64,000 nucleotides of DNA from the NCBI GenBank assembly GCA_964474695.1, contig CAYYTK010000017.1, positions 25,572-89,571 on the forward strand. Reading direction: 5' to 3'. Both the position numbers and the translations under genes were made by a program. Source of the DNA: an uncultured Anaerolineales bacterium. Its GTDB lineage: Bacteria > Chloroflexota > Anaerolineae > CG2-30-64-16. The notes beneath the pieces are model-generated. The model worked only from the letters and a program-made list of their open reading frames with translations, was not told the origin of the DNA and searched no databases. This document shows, piece after piece, positions 36,332 through 43,492 of this stretch; within the stretch, counting starts at the first letter, position 1; each line of letters begins with the position of its first letter.

Positions 36332-36442
36332 TCACTTTTTCTCGCTTTTCCGCCGCTTGCGCTTCTCCCACATCTCCTTGACCTTGCGTAGCCACTCGCG
36401 GCGGATCGCTACATCGGGTTTCGGACCGCTTTTTTGGCCCAT
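36332..36442 (-). CDS. 36-aa basic micro-ORF upstream of the recombinase (MGQKSGPKPDVAIRREWLRKVKEMWEKRKRRKSEKK)
   Basis: Hand-translated; it falls below the ORF-track size cutoff. GGAGG lies 8 nt upstream of the ATG, on the same strand as the recombinase and 125 nt upstream of it. Confidence 0.35.
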   Translation of the reverse strand: MGQKSGPKPDVAIRREWLRKVKEMWEKRKRRKSEKK

Positions 36443-36702
36443 CGGGCGCACCTCCAGGGTTGAGATGGCCCGCCGGCGGGTGTTTTTGAGCTCTTGAGGG
36501 TGTCAACTCAGTGCACTGAGGCCTTTACACCGCGAAAATGGCAACGACAGGCTGGTGCCTGCCGCTGCCAGATTCACAGCGTAAAGACACTGGCTGCTGC
36601 GCAAATCAACTGGCTGCACGCCTTTGCGCATTGCTGCACACAAGGGTATCATCCCAGAATTGCCCACGCAAGAGGCAAAAATCGCCCTACAGGAGCTGAA
36701 AA

Positions 36703-37155
36703 TTGCCCACACAACCCACCAAATTGCCCATAACGTCCGCACAGCGCCACAACTCGCCGCCGTATGCTGGCTTCGGCGCCGCCCTGCGGGCCTGGCTGCT
36801 GCGTGCCGACCGCAGCCAGCAGGAACTGGCCACTGCCCTCAAGGTCGGCCCCAGCACCGTGAGCCGCTGGGCGCAGGGCCAGAAACGGCCCGACGCCAGG
36901 TTGCTCGTCAAGCTGCTGGCGGCCTTCCGAGGCTGGTTCGGCGAAGAATGGAATCCGGTGGAGGCCCTGGATGCCGTCGCCTGCCTGGGCTATGACTGGG
37001 CCAAGGTTCACGCTGCGTCCGTGCAGCACTTCCAGCAGGGGGGGATGTTCAAGCCATCCAGACCTGGTGGGCGGCAGCTCGCCCCGCGCCGCACCGGCTC
37101 TTTCTTCCGCCGCGGCCCCTCCTCCAAGTGCCCCGCAGCGTCGAACACGCTCTGA
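36703..37155 (+). pseudogene. XRE-type HTH domain ORF, probably the frameshifted N-terminal part of an HTH/NB-ARC gene
   Basis: FGAALRAWLLRADRSQQELATALKVGPSTVSRWAQGQKRP is an HTH_XRE pattern. TTG start with AGGAG 7 nt upstream. After a G7 run (37038-37044) the plausible reading continues in the frame of the next ORF. Confidence 0.55.
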
Positions 37156-38075
37156 TCCACGACCTGATCGCCCAGCGCGGCTACCGCCAGGCGCGCTGGC
37201 GCGCCGTGATCCTCTACGGCCTGGCCGGGATCGGCAAGACCGCTATCGCCCGCGCCCTGGCCGACAACGAGCGCATCCGAGACGCTTTTCGAGATGGCAT
37301 CGCCTGGCTGGACGGCAGTTGTGATCCGGAGGCGGAAATCACACGGCTGTGCCAAGCGCTGCAACTGGCACGCGCGCCGGGGGAACGGTGGGTCGAGTGC
37401 TGGCGGCGTTGGGCTGGCGCGGCCGAGCACCGCTTGCTGCTGATCGTTGATGACGCAGTCTCAGCCGCTGGGCTGCCGCCGCTCATCGCGGGGCTGGGGC
37501 CGCAGGTGGTGGTGCTGATCACGACGCAGCAGGGCGCCGAGATCAGAGCTGAGACCGAACGATGGGTGCCCGCAAACGCGATCATGGAGGTAGGAATTCA
37601 CGGCCTTGCGCCCTCTGAAGGAAGAGCGCTGGTCGAAGCGGTGATCGCACGCCCACTCACCGATGCGGACTGGAACATGGTCCAGGAGATCGGCGAGCTG
37701 GTCGGCTGGCACCCCGAGGCGCTGCGGCTGGCGGCGATCGAGGACCGGGAGATCGGCTGGCAAGGGATGCTGGACGAGCTGCGGGCCGGCCGGATGCCGT
37801 GGCCAACGCTTCGCCGCCGGCTGTTGGGCCAGATAGCAGAGCCGGAACCGCGCGGTTGGCTGACGCTGCTGAACAGGGGCAGCGAACCTGGCGCCTGGTT
37901 CGACGAGACTGACACGGCGCGGCGCTGGAGCGTAGAGACCACCGTCGCCCGACGACGGTTGATGCTGCTGAGGCGGCAGGGCCTGGTGCGGGAAACAGGA
38001 GATCCGCCGTGCTGGCGCATGGAGCCGGCCCTGCGGCTGGCAATGGAGCGAGCTGGGCAGGGAGATGCAGAATGA
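37128..38075 (+). CDS. NB-ARC/STAND P-loop NTPase fragment lacking a repeat sensor domain
   Basis: P-loop ILYGLAGIGKTAIARALA, Walker B LLLIVDDAVS, then VVVLITTQ. Its frame is open upstream to the G7 run and encodes ...HRLFLPPRPLLQVPRSVEHAL, the usual pre-P-loop linker of such proteins. Confidence 0.7.
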   Translation: MPRSVEHALIHDLIAQRGYRQARWRAVILYGLAGIGKTAIARALADNERIRDAFRDGIAWLDGSCDPEAEITRLCQALQLARAPGERWVECWRRWAGAAEHRLLLIVDDAVSAAGLPPLIAGLGPQVVVLITTQQGAEIRAETERWVPANAIMEVGIHGLAPSEGRALVEAVIARPLTDADWNMVQEIGELVGWHPEALRLAAIEDREIGWQGMLDELRAGRMPWPTLRRRLLGQIAEPEPRGWLTLLNRGSEPGAWFDETDTARRWSVETTVARRRLMLLRRQGLVRETGDPPCWRMEPALRLAMERAGQGDAE

Positions 38076-38232
38076 GGAAATAAACAGCAAGAGAGACAAT
38101 TGCGTTTGTGTACAGGCGCTGCTTATGCTAGACTGCACAATGCAATTAACTGGCGAAGCCGACCAGGAGCGAACTGATCGGCTTCGCACCCGCCTCCTGT
38201 TTTTCGTTTCCGACCGGAGCGAAGTTGATCTC

Positions 38233-41200
38233 ATGACGGACCCCGCCAGCACGCCGTTGACTGTGTCAGGCAGCCTCCCCAGACTGCCCGCCGCTAAGTC
38301 GCTCTTTTCCCAGCACTACCTGCAAGCGCGCCTGCCGGAGCACGCCGAATGGGCCGCCGATCCGCAGCCCGTCTTCGAGGCGGTGCGCGCACTGTGGGAG
38401 CGGGCGCGCACCTTGGGCGGGACGTGGAACGAGGCGCAGACCGAGCAGGAGTTCGTCAAGCCGGTGCTCGACGCCCTGGGGTGGAGCTACATCGTCCAGG
38501 TGAAGGCGCAGCGCCGGGGCGGCAGCCTGACGCGGCCCGACTACGCGCTGTTCAGCGATCCGGCGGCCCAGGCGCAGGCCTATCCCCACCAGGGCAACGA
38601 TGACGCGTTTTACAGCCGGGCGGCCGCCATCGCCGAGGCCAAGTATTGGGGCCGGCTGCTGAGCGCCACCGATGCGAGCGGCCGCAACACCTGGAAGGCC
38701 GAGAGCAACCCCAGCCACCAGATGGTCAGCTACCTGGTGGGCACGCGCTGCCCGTGGGGCATCCTCACCAACGGTCAGGTCTGGCGCCTCTACAGCCGCG
38801 AGGTCAGCAGCACCGCCAGCGAGTTCTACGAGGTTGACCTCGGCCTGGTCTTCGATTTCCTCGACCCGGACAGCGGCCCCACCCCTGAGCAGCTCGCCGA
38901 CTTCAAACGCTGGTGGCTCTTCTTCCGCCGCGACGCGTTCCTGCCCGCCGCAGGCGGCGCTCGCGGCCGTTCGTTCGTGCAGCAGGTGCGCGAGGGCTCG
39001 GCCACCTACGCCAAGCGCGTCAGCGACAAGCTGAAGGAATTGGTCTTCGACGAAGTGATGCCGGAGATCGCCAACGGCTTCGTGGCTTATCGGCGCGAGC
39101 AGTTGGGCATCCGTGAGGAGACCGACGCCAGCCTGCACGAGATCTATGCCGCCGGGCTGAGCCTGCTCTACAAGCTGTTGTTCGTGCTCTACGCTGAAGC
39201 GCGCGATCTGTTACCCATGCGCAATCCGGCCTACCGCGAGCAGAGCCTGACCAGCCTGGCCGAGTGGGCGGCCGAGCGGGCCGACCGCCATTTGCCGCTC
39301 AGCGACACCACCTTCGCCACCCCGCGTTACGAAACGCTGTTGGCCCTCTTCCGGCGCATTGACCGCGGCGACCCCAGCCTGGGCATCCCGCGCTACGACG
39401 GCGGGTTGTTCAGCGCGGCCACGCCCGAGAATCGCTTCCTGGAGCGCCACAAGCTGAGCGATCGCGCAGTGGCGCGCGCCGTGGACATCATGGTGCGCGA
39501 CGCGGGCGAGCCGGTGGACTACGCCTACATTAGCGTGCGCAACCTGGGGACGATCTACGAGGGGCTGCTGGAGAACCGGCTAACGTTGCTGGACGAAGGA
39601 CGACCGACGAACGACCAAAGCGTCTCCGTCCTCCGTCCTTCGTCTTTCGTCACCCTCGTCAACGACCGGGGCGAACGCAAGCTGAGCGGCTCCTTCTACA
39701 CCCCCGACTTCATCGTCGAGTACAACGTCAGCCAGACCCTCGACCCGATCCTGGATGAGCGCGCCCCGCGCTTCGGCGCGGCGATGGACCGCATTGCCGG
39801 CCTGCGCCAGAAGCTCCGCAGCGCACTGGACACGACGATCAACCAGCGCCTGCAGGCGCAACTGGCTGAGGCCGAGCGGGACGCGCTCGAAGCGTTCCTG
39901 GGGATCAAGGCATGCGATTGTTCGATGGGCAGCGGCCATTTCCTGGTCAACGCGGTGGATCACCTGACCGATGGCATCATCCGGCGGATGCAGGTGTATC
40001 ACGACACCCATCCCGACGTGTCCTGGGTCTGGAACCCCGTGCAGCGGCTGATCGAGCGCATGCGGCGGGAGATCCTGGCGGAGATGGCGCGCCAAGGCAT
40101 CGCGATCGATCCGGCCCGGCTTGACGACACCGCGCTGCTGACCCGCCTGGTGATGAAGCGCTGCATCTACGGCGTGGACCTCAACCCGCTGGCCGTGGAG
40201 CTGGCGAAGCTGAGCCTGTGGCTGCACTCCTTCACCATCGGCGCGCCGCTCAGCTTCCTGGATCACCACCTGCGCTGGGGCAACTCGGTGATCGGCGCGG
40301 ATGTGCGGACGGTGGAACGCGCCATGAAGGTGACGGACGCCGGCCAGTTCGCGCTGTTCCAGGGGCCGTTCGCCGGACTGCTCGACCTGACCGCGGTGAT
40401 GATCGAGGTGGCCGAACGGGCCGATGCCACCCTGGCCGACGTGCAGCAGAGCGCCGAAGCCTACGCCGCGTTCCAGCGCCAGCTCCTGCCCTACAAGCAG
40501 GCGCTTGATCTGTGGGTGAGCCAGTGGTTTGACGAAGGATGGACGACGAACGATGAAAACGACCTGGCTTCATCCCCAGACGGAAGCACCCCTTCGGCAG
40601 GCTCAGGGCAAGCTCTGAGCGGAGCACGGCAGCAGTCCGCCGTGCGCAGTCGAAGGGTGCGGCGTGGCGATGAAGGGGCCGCCGTCGAGTTCATGACGAT
40701 GCACAGCGGCGACGTATTGCCCGCACTGCGCGGGGAGATCGCCGTAGATGAGCGGCATCAGGAGGCGATCGCCCGCGCCCGCGGCCTGTGGCAGCAGCAG
40801 CGCTTCTTCCATTGGGATCTGGAATTCCCCGAGGTCTTCATTGACCTGGCCGGCCGCGACTGGGCCGCGGACGGCGGCTTCGATGCCATGATCGGCAACC
40901 CGCCGTACGTGCGGCAGGAACAGGTGAGCGCGGCCAAGCGCTACCTGGCCGCGGCCCATGCGCCGGTCTACGATGCGGCGGCCGACCTATACGTCTACTT
41001 CTACCACCGCGGCTGCGAGATGCTGCGCCGCGGCGGCCGGCTGGCGTACATCGTCAGCAACAAATGGCTGCGCGCGGGTTATGGCGAACCGCTGCGGCGC
41101 TACCTCGCCCAACAAACCGTGGTGGAGCGGGTCGTCGACTTCGGCCACGCGCCGATCTTCCCCGACGCCGACACCTTCCCGTGCATCGCGGTGCTGCGCA

Positions 41201-42432
41201 AGCCCGCTGCCGAGCCGGCCGCCCCTGCCGAGACGGAGGTGTGCGCCTTCCCGCGCGAGGAGCTGGGCCGCAGCGATCTCACGGCCTATGTGGAAGCGCA
41301 CAGCCATCGCGTACCGGCTGGCCGTTTCAGCGCCGCGCCGTGGAGCCTGGAGCCGCCAGAGGTGGACGCGTTGATGATGAAAATACGGCGCGCTGGTGTA
41401 CCGTTGGCTGAGTTCATCGGCGAAAAAGCCTACAATGGCGTAAAAACTGGACTGAATGAGGTCTTCTCGATAGACACGCCGACGCGTGACCGACTTTTGG
41501 CTGCTGATCCTGGCGTTACAGACGTGATCGTGCCCTATCTACGCGGGCAAGACATCAAACGCTGGCATCCTGAATGGGCCAACCTGTGGATGATTCTGCT
41601 CAAGTCGAGTGAGAACTACGAGTGGCCCTGGAGCAGGTCAGGTGAATCGGCGGAGACGGTCTTTGCTCGCACGTTTCCTTCTCTGCACGCTTACTTGAAA
41701 CTGCACGAAGACGCGCTGCGCAGGCGGCAGGATCAAGGACGCTTCTGGTGGGAGTTGCGATCGTGCGACTACTACTCAGCGTTCGAGCGTCCTAAGATCA
41801 TCCATACCGATATTGCCTGGCGAGCGCAGTTTGCGTACTCCGACAAGCCGGTTTTCCTGGTCAACACGGCCTATGTCTGGCCGACTAGCGACCTTTATTT
41901 GTTGGCAGTTGTGAATTCGCCCCTGATGTGGGCGTACATGTGGCGTAATGCCATGCACGGCAAGGACGAAGTCCTTCGTCTGATCTATTCCTTTACCGAA
42001 GCACTGCCCATCGCTCAGCCCACTGACTCGATGCGCGCTGAGATTGAACCAGCAGTCCAGCGACTGATCGTTCTCGCTCAACAGAACCAGGCAGCAGTCG
42101 CTGAAGTGCTGGCATGGCTCGCCGCCGAGTTCGGCGTGACGACGCCGGGCCAGGCGTTGGAAGCGTTTGCCGATCTGGACGAAGGGACATTCATCCAACA
42201 GGTGCGCGCTCGCCGTCCGAAGGGGGAGGCCCGCCTCAGCCCTGCGGCCGTAGGCGAGCTAACGCGTGTCTACCGGCAGTATGTGCCACCGCTGCGCGCC
42301 GGGGCCGTCGAGAGTGCGCGACTCGAGGGCCAGCTGGCGGAATTGGTCAACGCGGCGTATGACCTGACACCGGATGAGGTCGCGCTGCTGTGGCGTACCG
42401 CGCCGCCACGGATGCCAACAAAAAAGCCGTGA
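38233..42432 (+). CDS. type IIG restriction-modification enzyme (Eco57I/MmeI-like fused endonuclease + N6-adenine methyltransferase + specificity domain)
   Basis: N-terminus SLFSQHYLQARLPEH. PD-ExK: RPDYALF...AIAEAKYW. FYTPDFIV. Motif I ACDCSMGSGHFLVNAV. HWDLEFPEVF. Motif IV MIGNPPYVRQE. C-terminus FWWELRSCDYY. I prefer the ATG at 38233 over the track start at 38065, which overlaps the previous gene. Confidence 0.85.
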   Translation: MTDPASTPLTVSGSLPRLPAAKSLFSQHYLQARLPEHAEWAADPQPVFEAVRALWERARTLGGTWNEAQTEQEFVKPVLDALGWSYIVQVKAQRRGGSLTRPDYALFSDPAAQAQAYPHQGNDDAFYSRAAAIAEAKYWGRLLSATDASGRNTWKAESNPSHQMVSYLVGTRCPWGILTNGQVWRLYSREVSSTASEFYEVDLGLVFDFLDPDSGPTPEQLADFKRWWLFFRRDAFLPAAGGARGRSFVQQVREGSATYAKRVSDKLKELVFDEVMPEIANGFVAYRREQLGIREETDASLHEIYAAGLSLLYKLLFVLYAEARDLLPMRNPAYREQSLTSLAEWAAERADRHLPLSDTTFATPRYETLLALFRRIDRGDPSLGIPRYDGGLFSAATPENRFLERHKLSDRAVARAVDIMVRDAGEPVDYAYISVRNLGTIYEGLLENRLTLLDEGRPTNDQSVSVLRPSSFVTLVNDRGERKLSGSFYTPDFIVEYNVSQTLDPILDERAPRFGAAMDRIAGLRQKLRSALDTTINQRLQAQLAEAERDALEAFLGIKACDCSMGSGHFLVNAVDHLTDGIIRRMQVYHDTHPDVSWVWNPVQRLIERMRREILAEMARQGIAIDPARLDDTALLTRLVMKRCIYGVDLNPLAVELAKLSLWLHSFTIGAPLSFLDHHLRWGNSVIGADVRTVERAMKVTDAGQFALFQGPFAGLLDLTAVMIEVAERADATLADVQQSAEAYAAFQRQLLPYKQALDLWVSQWFDEGWTTNDENDLASSPDGSTPSAGSGQALSGARQQSAVRSRRVRRGDEGAAVEFMTMHSGDVLPALRGEIAVDERHQEAIARARGLWQQQRFFHWDLEFPEVFIDLAGRDWAADGGFDAMIGNPPYVRQEQVSAAKRYLAAAHAPVYDAAADLYVYFYHRGCEMLRRGGRLAYIVSNKWLRAGYGEPLRRYLAQQTVVERVVDFGHAPIFPDADTFPCIAVLRKPAAEPAAPAETEVCAFPREELGRSDLTAYVEAHSHRVPAGRFSAAPWSLEPPEVDALMMKIRRAGVPLAEFIGEKAYNGVKTGLNEVFSIDTPTRDRLLAADPGVTDVIVPYLRGQDIKRWHPEWANLWMILLKSSENYEWPWSRSGESAETVFARTFPSLHAYLKLHEDALRRRQDQGRFWWELRSCDYYSAFERPKIIHTDIAWRAQFAYSDKPVFLVNTAYVWPTSDLYLLAVVNSPLMWAYMWRNAMHGKDEVLRLIYSFTEALPIAQPTDSMRAEIEPAVQRLIVLAQQNQAAVAEVLAWLAAEFGVTTPGQALEAFADLDEGTFIQQVRARRPKGEARLSPAAVGELTRVYRQYVPPLRAGAVESARLEGQLAELVNAAYDLTPDEVALLWRTAPPRMPTKKP
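39592..39651. repeat. GACGAAGGACG / CGTCCTTCGTC inverted-repeat element inside the RM coding sequence
   Basis: The 11-nt arms lie at 39592-39602 and 39634-39644, with extra GACGAACGAC / GTCTTTCGTC-type half-sites. The element encodes DEGRPTNDQSVSVLRPSSFV. Confidence 0.6.
40587..40659. repeat. 73-nt three-way-junction-like structured segment inside the RM coding sequence
   Basis: Outer stem CACCCCTTCG / CGAAGGGTG. Inner hairpins GCTCAG-8 nt-CTGAGC (40601-40620) and GCACGGC-8 nt-GCCGTGC (40624-40645). All were read by hand. Confidence 0.5.
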
Positions 42433-42453
42433 GTCGCACAAAGGAATAGCTTC

Positions 42454-42546
42454 ATGAATGATCTATTGCTGTCTATTGTTCCCGCCGTGATCGTAGGTGT
42501 GATGAGATCCCTTACTTCTTTCAAAAGTGAATTCGCTTCAACCTGA
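42454..42546 (+). CDS. 30-aa hydrophobic micro-ORF (MNDLLLSIVPAVIVGVMRSLTSFKSEFAST)
   Basis: Hand-translated from the 143-nt gap between the RM gene and the SAP-motif gene. AAGGA lies 8 nt upstream. It has one TM-like segment. Support is weak. Confidence 0.25.
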   Translation: MNDLLLSIVPAVIVGVMRSLTSFKSEFAST

Positions 42547-42575
42547 TTACAAGGCATGTTAGCGGGAAGGGAACA

Positions 42576-43379
42576 ATGTCCGATCTCGATGTCGCTCCCT
42601 ACTTTTCGCATCTCAACCCAAGTGTCGAGCAGCTAGCTCGCATCACCCACGAAATTGAAGCCCAAAATCACTGGTGGGGGGTTGGCAACAAACGTTTGAT
42701 CGATACAATTGCCATCGTATTTGCGCCGGGTGATTTGTCGCAGCTTTCTATTGAAGCATTTGAGCTACTGAGGCGATGCCAGGGCCGGGCAAAGTCATTT
42801 GATCTGAAGGGCAAGGATACTGACTACGGACAATCGTGTGATGCTTTCATCGACCGATTTCGGCAGCTAGCTGAGATGGGGTTAGTCAGAGAAGCGGACA
42901 TTCGTGCCAAACTGAAAGGGAGTCGAAGCGTAGGCGAGTTGCGGACGCTCTTGTCAGAGCAAGGTCTCGTTGCCAAGGGAAACAAAGATGATATGGTCGA
43001 ACGTCTGACCAATCACCTGGATGCCGACACCTTGCGGGATCTGACGGCCGACATAGTGCTTTACACCACCACGCCATCTGGCGATCAGGCCATCTCCACG
43101 ATCTCCAAGTTGTCTCTACAAGCGTATGCGCCCTTGTCTCAGGCCCTGCGCGCCAATGAATCGTATCTTGAAAATCAGCGCCCACCGCTGCCATCGGATA
43201 TCGAACCGTCTGAGCTTGAGCTCACGGACGAGGACCTTGAGGCCTCTCTCGACGTATTGGAGGAAGTGCTTGGCCCCGAAATGTTCTTGCAGCTGATGCT
43301 GGGACTCCCTATTGAAAGCCTCCTCCATAGACCAGAGGATTCTAGTCGGCAAGTCAACAAAGATGATTGTGCGAAATAG
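42576..43379 (+). CDS. hypothetical protein with SAP-like DNA-binding motif and acidic C-terminus
   Basis: VGELRTLLSEQGLVAKGNKDDMVERLTNHL fits the SAP helix-extended-helix consensus (L..L.V.ELR..L..RGL...G.K..L..RL). The gene is AT-richer than its flanks. Confidence 0.55.
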   Translation: MSDLDVAPYFSHLNPSVEQLARITHEIEAQNHWWGVGNKRLIDTIAIVFAPGDLSQLSIEAFELLRRCQGRAKSFDLKGKDTDYGQSCDAFIDRFRQLAEMGLVREADIRAKLKGSRSVGELRTLLSEQGLVAKGNKDDMVERLTNHLDADTLRDLTADIVLYTTTPSGDQAISTISKLSLQAYAPLSQALRANESYLENQRPPLPSDIEPSELELTDEDLEASLDVLEEVLGPEMFLQLMLGLPIESLLHRPEDSSRQVNKDDCAK

Positions 43380-43492
43380 CGCCAGTAAGGCAGGTCGGGC
43401 GCCGTGGCTTCTATAGCTTTTTTCCCAGATCGAGGCAGACGATCACGCAGTTACGGATACTCTTGCGAACCAAACAGCCAGAGAGGCTTGCC

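Noticed and set aside
38065-38232. N-terminal extensions proposed by the ORF track: 781-849 for the PIN gene, 38065-38232 for the RM gene, 43367-43492 for the TIR-ATPase, 44719-44775 for the membrane ATPase and 61370-61477 for the second TPR gene.
   Set aside because: The extensions overlap the preceding gene or encode implausible Arg/Cys-rich peptides. Internal ATGs at ATGA overlaps, or immediately before the conserved N-terminal motif, give conventional gene starts.
38233-42432. Possibility that the large methyltransferase-nuclease is BREX PglX.
   Set aside because: No PglZ, BrxC/PglY, BrxL or BrxA/B-like genes are present anywhere in the window. An N-terminal PD-ExK nuclease motif is present, which fits a stand-alone type IIG RM enzyme better.
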